The notes beneath the pieces were generated by a model, which was given only the letters and a program-made list of their open reading frames with translations, did no database searches and was not told where the DNA came from. Position numbers and translations under genes: made by a program. From Phycisphaerae bacterium (GTDB taxonomy: Bacteria > Planctomycetota > Phycisphaerae > Phycisphaerales > UBA1924), in assembly GCA_030426395.1 (NCBI GenBank), contig JAUHYE010000002.1, positions 960 to 64,959 on the forward strand: a stretch of DNA of 64,000 bases, read 5' to 3'. Shown here in pieces: positions 54,967-63,669 of the stretch (position 1 is its first letter; each line of letters begins with the position of its first letter).

Positions 54967-55090
54967 ACGGGGGGGTGATTCAGCGCATCAACGGCGTCAT
55001 ACGGAGGGCGATTCAGCGCACGCAGGGAGGGCGATTCATCGTGGATAAGTCACTGGATTCACAGGGTTGTTCACAGGCATTTCGATTCAG
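54967..55090. promoter_or_regulatory. candidate oriV: iteron-like direct repeats plus a DnaA-box-like site next to repA
   Basis: ACGG(G/A)GGG(T/C)GATTCAGCGCA at 54967-54987 and 55001-55020. A third copy GGGAGGGCGATTCATCG at 55025-55041. Weaker GATTCA cores at 55056 and 55084. GTGGATAAG at 55041-55049 matches the TGTGGATAA DnaA box in 8 of 9 positions. Confidence 0.5.
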
Positions 55091-56049
55091 TCGGTACTAC
55101 CGCTCTCGATGAGGATCTGGGTGCGGCGCACAGGGGCGTGCGATGGCTTGAGCAATAATCCGCCTGGCACATCGCGGAGGTTCGCGTCTGGATATACGAG
55201 GCAGACCTGCTTCAGCGCGTGCCGGAAAGACTTCTTGAAGTCCTTAGACCGCCCGTAGTCTTGCCCGAACTGATCCTTCAGATTGCCCCAGCTCACCTTC
55301 GTACCCCGGTGGTCCCGGACCCGCTGCAAACGGTGCGCGAGCCATGTGTAGATGTCGAGTGCAAGCGCAGAGTGCTTCAGGGCCGCGAGCGCGCGGTAGT
55401 CGAGCGGCACGGCGTGCCGTGTGAGAGTGTCGAAGAAGTCCTCCGACAGCTCGAGCTCTCCCGGCCACAGCGTCCGCTGCGACCCATCATGGAGCCCGTT
55501 GAGTATCCAGGCATCGAAGCGTTTGATCGGCTTGGCATCGATCGTGGACACACGATCGCCATTGGTCATGCCTAGCGTCATGTGGCATGCCGCAAGGGCC
55601 TGGAGTTGCCTTCGCAGGGCGGTGTACCCACCCCTCGGTCCTCCCGAGACCTGCAGGCCGAGCTGCAGCAGGTACTGCCGCATGCTCTCTCCGATGTCGA
55701 TGACACGCGACCGCGTCCTGACCGCTTCGGTGCTGACATGCACCATGACGAGACGGGGAATCGCTCCATAGGGAAGTGGCTGCTCGGTCCACGACAAACC
55801 GTTCCACAGCTTGCCAGCCTCGACCAGTAGACTCAGGTTTCCGTTGGTGCGCTCGAACGAGCGCAGCGGAGTGGATTTGCGTGGCATTCCGACCTGGCAC
55901 AGCACACTGTGCGAAAACTGCAGCCGATCGGGCTGCTCCAGTTTGATCTGATCGCTCGCGATCAGGAGTCCCCACTGTTGCCGGGTCAGACCAGACGACG
56001 GCGGAGGTCCGTCGAAGTCTGTCACAGGAAGCCGTGCTTCTTCAGCCAC
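55087..56049 (-). CDS. repA: plasmid/ICE replication initiator RepA-like protein
   Basis: FSHSVLCQVGMPRKS...LLVEAGKLWNG...PLPYGAIPRLVMVHV...ALDIYTWLAHRL...SWGNLKDQFGQDY matches my recollection of the plasmid-encoded RepA family. GTG start overlaps the RHH gene. Confidence 0.8.
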   Translation of the reverse strand: MAEEARLPVTDFDGPPPSSGLTRQQWGLLIASDQIKLEQPDRLQFSHSVLCQVGMPRKSTPLRSFERTNGNLSLLVEAGKLWNGLSWTEQPLPYGAIPRLVMVHVSTEAVRTRSRVIDIGESMRQYLLQLGLQVSGGPRGGYTALRRQLQALAACHMTLGMTNGDRVSTIDAKPIKRFDAWILNGLHDGSQRTLWPGELELSEDFFDTLTRHAVPLDYRALAALKHSALALDIYTWLAHRLQRVRDHRGTKVSWGNLKDQFGQDYGRSKDFKKSFRHALKQVCLVYPDANLRDVPGGLLLKPSHAPVRRTQILIESGSTD

Positions 56050-56294
56050 GGCTGGACGGCCTCTTCGAGAATGTCCTGCAGTGTGTTGGGCTTCACACCT
56101 TCGAGCTGCCGCTGAAGCGAGGCGCGTTTGAGCGCCCGCGCGAGATCACCGCGGATGCGTGTGCTCACGAGTACACGGGGTGTCTCGGCGGGCTGCTTCT
56201 CGCCGTACACAAACTGCTTCTGAATTGAGTCGGGCTTGGTCGGTGGTGTGTGCTTGGGCTCGATGCCCTCGGTCAGTGATCTCCGTTCATTCAT
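56022..56294 (-). CDS. ribbon-helix-helix partition/regulatory protein (ParG/CopG-like)
   Basis: RVLVSTRIRGDLARALKRASLQ beta-strand/helix pattern. ATGA overlap with the parA stop. Confidence 0.65.
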   Translation of the reverse strand: MNERRSLTEGIEPKHTPPTKPDSIQKQFVYGEKQPAETPRVLVSTRIRGDLARALKRASLQRQLEGVKPNTLQDILEEAVQPWLKKHGFL

Positions 56295-56959
56295 GCTGGT
56301 ATCTCCTTCGTTGCTACGGTTGGCTCACAGGCCGTGCCGGGCACGATCTCGGCGAAGAGTTGATCGAGCTCATTGGCCGCATCACGAGTCCGGGCCTTCA
56401 TGTCCCACACGACGGTGCCCTGGCCCGGCGCATCGGCGTAGATCTGTCTCAAGGTGACCGATGTGGATGCGACGGGCAGCGAGAGCGCCGTCGCCGCGTC
56501 CTTCATGTCCTTGGTCAGCCGGTAGTTCTTCCCGACCATGCTCAGCACAATGACCGATGGCGGCATGCCGCCCCTGATGTCCTGAGCCTGCCGGAGTACC
56601 TCCGTGACTTTGGCGAGCGCTCGGACTTCCAGCATGGACGCCTTGCACGGGACGAGGGCGAAGTCGGCGAGCAGGAGCAAGGCCCTGCTGGTCTCCGAGT
56701 TGCTCCCTGGTCCGTCGGCGATTATGAACTCTGCGTCGTTCTTGAGCGATGGGAACTCGTTGAGTATCGCGTCCGCATCGCGGTACGTCTCGGTGCGCAG
56801 GTCCGGCTGAACCTCACGCATCCACTCCGACGAACTCTGCTGCGTGTCGCAATCGGCGAGGATGACAGAACGACCCCGGCGATGAAGCCAGGTGGCGAGG
56901 TGGACGGCGAGGGTTGACTTTCCGACGCCCCCTTTGTTGTTGGCAATGGCGATAATCAT
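56291..56959 (-). CDS. parA: ParA-family partition ATPase
   Basis: Deviant Walker A IAIANNKGGVGKSTLAVHLA. ILADCD. ATG 56959. Confidence 0.9.
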   Translation of the reverse strand: MIIAIANNKGGVGKSTLAVHLATWLHRRGRSVILADCDTQQSSSEWMREVQPDLRTETYRDADAILNEFPSLKNDAEFIIADGPGSNSETSRALLLLADFALVPCKASMLEVRALAKVTEVLRQAQDIRGGMPPSVIVLSMVGKNYRLTKDMKDAATALSLPVASTSVTLRQIYADAPGQGTVVWDMKARTRDAANELDQLFAEIVPGTACEPTVATKEIPA

Positions 56960-57115
56960 GCACCGAGCAATGGCACGTTTTCTGTCAGCATGCAAGCACT
57001 TTGTGGTGCTGGCGTGCTGACGCGCTGGCAGTGTTGTAACGATGACACACCGACCCCGTGACTCGCTGGCATGTCAGCGAGCTGACTCGACAGCGGGCAA
57101 GCCGGACAGCCCCAT

Positions 57116-57277
57116 AGATGGCAGGCAGGCTTGCCAGCACGCTGTCGCGCTGGTCTGCTGGGTGACTTGATGGCGGGCGGGTTTGATGGCAGGCTTTCAC
57201 CGTGAAAGAAAGTCCTAAGCACCGCTTAGGGGAGACGTCTGAAACGTTTTATGCTCTGCCTGCCATTCCCGCCCGCC
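57116..57277. promoter_or_regulatory. nested direct/inverted repeats upstream of parA (candidate centromere/operator)
   Basis: Direct repeats (A/T)GATGGC(A/G)GGC at 57116, 57168 and 57184. Inverted arms 57172-57194 and 57258-57277. Between them: palindromes ctttcac-c-gtgaaag (57194-57208), cctaagc-acc-gcttagg (57214-57230), agacgtct (57233-57240) and aaacgttt (57242-57249). Confidence 0.45.
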
Positions 57278-57327
57278 GCTCAGCTACCAGGCGCAGACCT
57301 ATCCATCGCGAGCCCATTGCTCGCGAG

Positions 57328-57513
57328 TCATGGGGCTATTCGTGTGTCGCAATCACGTCGTCTGGAAGTTGCCAGCGCCTCTTCGTAGTACCGGTAGGCG
57401 AGCCGTCTTGTCTCTTCAGGATCGGGCCAGCCCTGCGTGCGTTCGGCCTGTTCGACGAACGCTCGCAGCGCGCAGCCGTGGAACAGGTCGTCGAGTGGCG
57501 CTTCATCGGTCAC
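57328..57513 (-). CDS. small hypothetical protein (61 aa)
   Basis: GTGA overlap with the upstream gene. Protein-like sequence LFHGCALRAFVEQAERTQGWPDPEETRRLAYRYYEE. Confidence 0.45.
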   Translation of the reverse strand: MTDEAPLDDLFHGCALRAFVEQAERTQGWPDPEETRRLAYRYYEEALATSRRRDCDTRIAP

Positions 57514-57920
57514 CGGCGGGCTCCATACAGCTCGCGGCGGACCACTTCGAGCAGCTCAAGCCGAAGCCCCTCGACCTGGACTCGGTTCGGCCAGTCGTCA
57601 GCATTGAACTCTGAGGCGATGACCAGGTGGTCCTTCAGGTCACGGGATATCAGCACGCACCGCTCTTCTGTGCAGAAGACCTGCCAAGGGAACCGCTCTG
57701 CGTCGTGGCTGTAGATCACTTCGGTCACGCCGAGTTCCTCTGCGATCGCGGCCCGGTACCCTGCTTCGTAAGCATCGCCGAGGGCTTGCCCGACGTTCAC
57801 GACTGACAGATCGTGGAAGTCGAGTGAATAGCTCCCCCGCGATGCCAGCGTCTCGATACCCAGTCGGTCGCGGGCGATGCCCGCGACGATGTGGGTGATG
57901 GGTCTGTAGATGCTGCTCAT
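57510..57920 (-). CDS. hypothetical protein (136 aa), element-associated
   Basis: GGGAGG RBS. ATGA overlap with the methyltransferase stop. IARDRLGIETLASRGSYSLDFHDLSV resembles small proteins I recall from conjugative elements (family name uncertain). Confidence 0.6.
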   Translation of the reverse strand: MSSIYRPITHIVAGIARDRLGIETLASRGSYSLDFHDLSVVNVGQALGDAYEAGYRAAIAEELGVTEVIYSHDAERFPWQVFCTEERCVLISRDLKDHLVIASEFNADDWPNRVQVEGLRLELLEVVRRELYGARR

Positions 57921-58693
57921 TGCCGCGCCTCCCTGCGTGGTTTCTCGAAGACCACGCACACGTCGTGCAGGCCGGGGATGAACGAGCTTCGGTACACCCT
58001 GCGGCCGCTCGACGCGCCGTGGCTGAATCGAACGATGTCGGTGCAACACTGCCGCAACCCGGCATCGAATGCAAGGCGTTTCGTGTGGTAGACCAGCGGC
58101 ACGAAGCCCGCCTCGCGGTCCTGGTAGTCGCCCATCAGGATCGCCAGCCGCCCGCCCGGCTCCAGGACGCCGGCCGCAGCCTCGATGAACAGGGCGTAAC
58201 GATCCAGGAACTCCTGGAGCGTCTCAGCACGGGAGAGGTCACGATCGTCGGCCGCGTAGAGCTTCTGCCGCCAATACGGTGGATGGGCCCAGACGAAGTC
58301 AGCGAGGCCGCCGCCCGCAAGTTGCTGCATGGCTTCGGCACTGGTCGCGTCGAAACCGTCGTGGATGTCACCGCTGCGACAGTCCGAGTCCAGCTCGCGG
58401 CACACATCCTGGCAGGTCCCGCTTCCAGTCATCGGATCGAGCACGAGCCGAGGCTTGAAGTAGAGCAGCAGGTCGCGGATCAGGTTGCCGCCGCAGTTGC
58501 CCGGGTAGCTTCGCTTCCCGTACGAACCGGCGTCTGCGTGGTGGTACAGGCTGGTGAGTCGCGGCACCGGGCTGCCAGTGATTGGGGCACGCGGGAGCTT
58601 GGCGAACAGTGGCTGCAAGTGGCGTGAAGGTCCCGCTATGCGGGCCGTACACCTGTTGGCGAAGAACGGGTTGATTTGGTGTGATGTAGTCAT
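57917..58693 (-). CDS. orphan DNA methyltransferase (N6-adenine/N4-cytosine class)
   Basis: Motif I VLDPMTGSGT. Motif IV-like VWAHPPYW. No restriction endonuclease gene adjacent. Confidence 0.8.
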   Translation of the reverse strand: MTTSHQINPFFANRCTARIAGPSRHLQPLFAKLPRAPITGSPVPRLTSLYHHADAGSYGKRSYPGNCGGNLIRDLLLYFKPRLVLDPMTGSGTCQDVCRELDSDCRSGDIHDGFDATSAEAMQQLAGGGLADFVWAHPPYWRQKLYAADDRDLSRAETLQEFLDRYALFIEAAAGVLEPGGRLAILMGDYQDREAGFVPLVYHTKRLAFDAGLRQCCTDIVRFSHGASSGRRVYRSSFIPGLHDVCVVFEKPRREARQ

Positions 58694-58750
58694 GTCGAAG
58701 TCCTTTCTGTAGATGAGGCGGGCCCGCAGGCCCGCCGGTTGAAGTTGCGA

Positions 58751-58960
58751 TTAGTCTTTCTGCTCGGTGAACACCCGCAGCGAGATGCGGCCATCGAGCG
58801 GAACGGCCTCGACCTGGATGTTGAAACCGTTCCCATCTGCGTGCGGCCACGCAGAACCGATGCGTGTCCAGATGCCCTTCTTGCCCTCGCGGTCCCTGAC
58901 CTGATAGGCGATGTGGCTTGGTGTGCGGCTTGTGCCGCCGTTTACGTTGGTGTCGTTCAT
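58751..58960 (-). CDS. small conserved element protein (69 aa)
   Basis: AAGGAGA lies 7 nt before ATG 58960. IWTRIGSAWPHADGNGFNIQVEAVPLDGRISLRV. Possibly DUF736-like, not verified. Confidence 0.6.
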   Translation of the reverse strand: MNDTNVNGGTSRTPSHIAYQVRDREGKKGIWTRIGSAWPHADGNGFNIQVEAVPLDGRISLRVFTEQKD

Positions 58961-59307
58961 GTGAAGTCTCCTTGTTGTGTTGCGGGACACGCCTGTCGCG
59001 TCCCGATGGCACGCCCTCCGAAGCCGCGGATGTCGGGGCGAAGCGAACCGGTCAAGCGAAAGGCCGAAGGCTTCCGCCTGCGGAAAGCGGCCTTGGCAGC
59101 TTGATCCGGCCCGACCGGGGCTTCATCGTGCTCATCGAACAGACGCGAGGCGCTGTCGAGCCAACCGAGACGGAGCGTGTGCGTTCGACACAACTGCTGG
59201 CAAACACGCTGCAACCCTCATCAATTCTGGTCGTAGCGCTGCAACTGGGAAGCGTGCGCATCGCGCGTGTTTACCGAATCGCAAGGTTTCCATGTCAGGA
59301 TGAGCAG

Positions 59308-61953
59308 ATGCTTCGAGTCACACAGAGCAACAGCAGCGACAGGGCCAAGAGCTACTACAGCACCGCCGACTACTACACCGAGGGCCAAGAACTCACCGGG
59401 TTCTGGCGCGGCGAGGGCGCGGCGATGCTCGGGCTCTCGGGCACAGTGGATCAATGCGACTGGGACCGGCTCTGCGACAACTTTCGGCCGGATACCGGCG
59501 AACCGCTCACGGTTCGGCGCAAAGACCAACGCCGCGTCGGCTACGACTTCAACTTCCATGTGCCCAAGAGCGTGTCGCTGCTTTACGGGCTGACGCGGGA
59601 CGATCGCATTCTCGAAGCGTTCAGAGACTCGGTCCGGGCCACGATGGAAGACATCGAGACCGAGTCCAAGGCCCGCGTCCGCGTCGGTGGAAAGAACGAG
59701 GACCGTGTTACCGGGAATCTCATCTGGGGCGAGTTCACGCACTTCACCGCTCGTCCTGTGGACGGCCTGCCGGACCCGCACCTGCACGCGCACTGCTTCG
59801 TGTTCAACGCGACATTCGACAGGGAAGAGGACCGGTGGAAGGCCGGGCAGTTCGGTGATCTCAAGCGGGACGCGCCATACTTCGAGGCGGTGTTTCACTC
59901 CAGGCTCGCCCGGCGGCTTGAAGAGCTTGGGCTCAACACCCAGCGCACCGACAAGGGTTGGGAACTCGCCGGGCTCGACCCCGGGACGATGGACAAGTTC
60001 TCGCGGCGAACTGCCCGCATCGAACAGCTCGCCAGCGCGAAGAACATCACCGATCCTGATCTAAAGTCGACGCTGGGTGCTCGCACCCGATCGTCCAAAG
60101 CCGCCGAACTGACAATGCCTGATCTGGAGTCTGCTTGGCGGTCTAGATTGACCGACGCCGAGGCTGAACGGCTTGAGTCGCTCGCCAACCGGATCGGGAA
60201 GGACACTATCACCGAGGACGACACCGCTGCTCGCAGCGCGGTCGCCCGGACAATGGAGCATGCCTTCGAGCGTGCGTCAGTCCTGCCTGAGCGGATGCTG
60301 CTCGCCGAAGCACTCAAGCAGGGCGTCGGCAAGGCAAGCCGGGACTCGATCGAACGATTGACCGATCAACAAGACCTCATCCGCGCCGACCGAAAAGGAC
60401 AACAGCTCGTCACTACCAAGGCCGTGCTCGAAGAGGAAACGAAGATGCTCACTTTCGCCCGGGAGGGGCGGGGTGCTTGCACTCCGATCACGGTGAACCA
60501 GAACGTCTTTCACCGTGAATGGCTCAACGACCAGCAGAAGGCGGCGGTCCGCCATGTGCTCGAATCACGGGACCGCGTCATCCTGGTACGGGGTGCCGCC
60601 GGCACGGGCAAGACCACCATGATGCAGGAGGCCCGAGAGGCAGTCGAGGCGAACGGGCAGCGTGTGCTCGCCTTTGCGCCATCCGCCGGGGCAAGCCGTG
60701 GCGTGCTCAGGCAGGAGGGCTTTGAGTCCGCCGACACCGTCTCACGACTTCTCGCTGACCCCGCGATGCAGAGAGACGCGCACGGCGCGATTCTCTGGAT
60801 TGACGAGGCTGGTCTGCTCGGCACCAAGACCATGCGGCAGGTCTTCAATCTCGCAGAAAAGATCGACGCCCGCGTGGTGCTCTCCGGCGACAAACGCCAG
60901 CACGGCGCGGTCGAGCGCGGCGCTGCGCTCCGATTGCTCGAAGACGAGGCGGGGCTGAAGCCCGCCGAGATCAAGGAGATCCAGCGCCAGAAGGACCGGT
61001 ACAAGACCGCGATCAAGAAGCTGAGCGAGGGCAAGACCGGGCAGGGCTTCCGTGGCCTCGATGAACTGGGGTGGATCAGGGAAGTTGATGACGATGATCG
61101 CTATCGAGCGCTCGCCGAGTCGTACATCGACGCCATTGCAGACGGGAAGTCCGCACTCGTCGTCTCGCCGACACACTTTGAGGGCAACAGGATCACCGAT
61201 GAAATCCGCGCTCAGCTCCGCGCCCACGGCACGCTCGGCGACGACGCAAGAAGTTTCCCGGAACTCATTCCCGCGAACCTGACCCTGGGCCAGAAGCGCG
61301 ACCCGCTGAACTACCGCCAGGGCGACGTGCTCGTGTTCCACCAGAACGCGCCGGGCCATCGCAAGGGCACCCGACTGATCGTCGGCCAAGACGAGGTCCC
61401 GTTCGAGTCTGCCGAGCGGTTCACAGTATTCCACCAGGACCACATCGAGGTGGCAACAGGCGATCGAATCCGCATTACCCGGAACGGCACAACCGCTGAC
61501 TCAGCCCACCGGCTCAATAACGGTGATCTCTTCACCGTCACCGGGTTTACTGACGCGGGTGACCTCCGGCTCAACAATGGATGGACGGTCTCGAAAGACT
61601 ACGGCCATATCGCGCATGGCCTCGTCGTGACCAGCCACGCCAGCCAGGGCAAGACCGTGGATCGGGTCATCATCGGGCAGTCGTCACGTTCATTCCGTGC
61701 ATCGTCGCGCGAACAGTTCTATGTCAGCGCTTCACGCGGTCGCCAACAGGTGCTTGTCTTCACCGACGACAAGGACGAACTGCTCCAGGCCGTCAGCCGA
61801 AGCGACGAACGCCTGAGCGGGACTGAGCTTCTCGCGGGCGTTGAAGACGCTCACCGCAGGATCATCCACGAACGGCTCGCCGAGCAGTCTCGCGAGGCTG
61901 ATGCTATCGCAGTCGTTGAACACAGCAGAGAGGGAATCGAACATGAGCGATAG
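59308..61953 (+). CDS. MobF/TrwC-type conjugative relaxase with C-terminal AAA_30/RecD-like helicase
   Basis: N-terminal AKSYYSTADYYTEGQE...GLSG. His motif DPHLHAHCFVFN. Helicase Walker A VRGAAGTGKTTMMQEA. C-terminal VTSHASQGKTVD. Confidence 0.9.
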   Translation: MLRVTQSNSSDRAKSYYSTADYYTEGQELTGFWRGEGAAMLGLSGTVDQCDWDRLCDNFRPDTGEPLTVRRKDQRRVGYDFNFHVPKSVSLLYGLTRDDRILEAFRDSVRATMEDIETESKARVRVGGKNEDRVTGNLIWGEFTHFTARPVDGLPDPHLHAHCFVFNATFDREEDRWKAGQFGDLKRDAPYFEAVFHSRLARRLEELGLNTQRTDKGWELAGLDPGTMDKFSRRTARIEQLASAKNITDPDLKSTLGARTRSSKAAELTMPDLESAWRSRLTDAEAERLESLANRIGKDTITEDDTAARSAVARTMEHAFERASVLPERMLLAEALKQGVGKASRDSIERLTDQQDLIRADRKGQQLVTTKAVLEEETKMLTFAREGRGACTPITVNQNVFHREWLNDQQKAAVRHVLESRDRVILVRGAAGTGKTTMMQEAREAVEANGQRVLAFAPSAGASRGVLRQEGFESADTVSRLLADPAMQRDAHGAILWIDEAGLLGTKTMRQVFNLAEKIDARVVLSGDKRQHGAVERGAALRLLEDEAGLKPAEIKEIQRQKDRYKTAIKKLSEGKTGQGFRGLDELGWIREVDDDDRYRALAESYIDAIADGKSALVVSPTHFEGNRITDEIRAQLRAHGTLGDDARSFPELIPANLTLGQKRDPLNYRQGDVLVFHQNAPGHRKGTRLIVGQDEVPFESAERFTVFHQDHIEVATGDRIRITRNGTTADSAHRLNNGDLFTVTGFTDAGDLRLNNGWTVSKDYGHIAHGLVVTSHASQGKTVDRVIIGQSSRSFRASSREQFYVSASRGRQQVLVFTDDKDELLQAVSRSDERLSGTELLAGVEDAHRRIIHERLAEQSREADAIAVVEHSREGIEHER

Positions 61954-62353
61954 TCTGATCGACCGGTACACGAAGCGTCCCGCGACGAATGTGGTTCCTG
62001 ACGACGAGAACGCTGTCCCCGAGGATCTCGGGTGCTTCGGTTGGCTCCGCGGTGTACGCGATCGCGCCCTCATGCTCGAACTCCGCAAGGCCGACGGTCA
62101 CATTCTCGCCGTCGGCTACGCCTGGATCGAACGGATCGAACTCGTGCCCGAAGATGGCCTCACGCTCCACCTGCCTGGGCGGAAGATCCGCATCAAGGGC
62201 TCCGGTCTCAACAGCGACACCGGCAGTTCGGCAAGGCTCTTCGACGGGTTGATCCGTCAGCGCGTCCCGTGGGTCCGTGAATCCGACCGTGCCGAGCAGC
62301 TTCGGCAGGATCACGGCCCGGTCACCATCGAGTCCATCACTTGGGATGAGTGA
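61943..62353 (+). CDS. hypothetical protein coupled to the relaxase gene
   Basis: ATG 61943 overlaps the relaxase end by 11 nt. Balanced composition. No family recognised. Confidence 0.55.
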   Translation: MSDSLIDRYTKRPATNVVPDDENAVPEDLGCFGWLRGVRDRALMLELRKADGHILAVGYAWIERIELVPEDGLTLHLPGRKIRIKGSGLNSDTGSSARLFDGLIRQRVPWVRESDRAEQLRQDHGPVTIESITWDE

Positions 62354-62488
62354 CCCCGCTCGTTGGGGTAGAGGGGTGCGGGGAGAGGGGGCTCGTCTCC
62401 CCGCGAATTTGAAACAGTCAGCCGGCAACACCCCCGAGTCGCCCTCAACGCCGACGGCGTTTGCCGGGATGTTCTCCGCAATATGAAA

Positions 62489-62518
62489 GCGCCCCGCCGG
62501 CGCGAACCGGCGGGGCGC
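62489..62518 (-). terminator. 12-bp GC hairpin between convergent genes
   Basis: gcgccccgccgg / cgcgaa / ccggcggggcgc. On the minus strand it is followed by tttcatatt. A second hairpin at 62378-62404 (gcggggaga...tctccccgc) followed by gaattt may serve the plus-strand gene. Confidence 0.5.
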
Positions 62519-62536
62519 GGTTGATGCGGACGCGGC

Positions 62537-62779
62537 TCAGGCCGCGGCCCGCTCGTTGGGCTGCTGACAGATCCACGAATGTGCCAGATCGAGCACCTTG
62601 GCGAGGACCAGGAGGTCATCACGCCGGAAGCTCGACGTGCGTTTCCATTCGTCGTTGTCGCGGTAGATCCGCTGCACGGTCACCGAGTAGTGGGTGCGAC
62701 CGTCTTCGGCGGTGTTGGCCCAGATCGCGGCCTTGGTCGTGCCGAGTCGGACTTCGTGAACGGGCTTGGTCGTGGTCAT
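62537..62779 (-). CDS. small hypothetical protein (80 aa)
   Basis: AAGGAGA lies 8 nt before ATG 62779. HEVRLGTTKAAIWANT...YSVTVQRIYRDNDEWKRTSSFRRDDLLVLAKVLDLAHSWI. Confidence 0.6.
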   Translation of the reverse strand: MTTTKPVHEVRLGTTKAAIWANTAEDGRTHYSVTVQRIYRDNDEWKRTSSFRRDDLLVLAKVLDLAHSWICQQPNERAAA

Positions 62780-63212
62780 GATTCGGTTCTCCTTGTTGGG
62801 GGCCAGTGTTCGGCCCGGTCGCAAGAACCCCGGGGCGCACTGGTCCCCGGAGAACCCTCCCCGCCGCAGTCAGTGTCTCAAATAGGCGTAGCCGACCTGC
62901 CGTGCCGATCGGGGCGATCCCGGCGACGGGCGTGACAGGCTCACCTGGCCGCGTACGACGTAGCCCCGGCACGAGCACGCCATGCGGCGGGCATTCCCCA
63001 CGACCATCCGTTGACGAGCGAGTCGTTGCAAGCAAGGGCCACGTTGAGTAATCGCGCGACTGTACGGCAGTCCGCTCGGTACGGTTCAGCGTTGACAATC
63101 GGCGCGCACTGTGGTTGTGTCCGTTGTATGCCGTGTCTCGCTATGCCATTCATTGACCTGGGCTGCAATGCAGCAAGGAGCGTTGCTACCAGTCCTGCGC
63201 TAGTCCTCGCGT

Positions 63213-63659
63213 ATGAGTGAGGACGAATATCAGGCACTGCGCGACACGCTTCGCACCGCCCTCGATCAGGAAGCCGACTCGTATGCTCAACTCTCCATGA
63301 GAGCGAGGTTTGTACGCTCGGTCGCAACAGCAGAGATTGCTAGCGCAGTGATGGTAAGTCTGAATGCCGAGGCGAAGCAACGCCCGCAGGACACGCTCGT
63401 CGAAAAACGAGAACTCGCCGCCTGGGTGAATCACGAACTGCGGCAGTTGGGCCTCACGCTGGCATTCCCCGGCACCGGACGCCCGGCCATTCTTACAGCA
63501 ACACCCGGCCGGCGTGACGCCGACGAGGGGAGCCGCTTCCGGCTCGAATCCAAGGACGAGCAGGGCAGGCGGGTCATGTCGGCCTCGCTGGAGTGGATAC
63601 CCGAGCTTGAACCGATCGAGAATCCTCCCCGGATCGAAGGCGGGGCGCGGCACAGGTAG
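63213..63659 (+). CDS. hypothetical protein
   Basis: ATG ORF with balanced, non-Arg-biased composition. There is no clear RBS, and a competing antisense ORF looks like a shadow ORF. Confidence 0.45.
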   Translation: MSEDEYQALRDTLRTALDQEADSYAQLSMRARFVRSVATAEIASAVMVSLNAEAKQRPQDTLVEKRELAAWVNHELRQLGLTLAFPGTGRPAILTATPGRRDADEGSRFRLESKDEQGRRVMSASLEWIPELEPIENPPRIEGGARHR

Positions 63660-63669
63660 TATCCATCGT

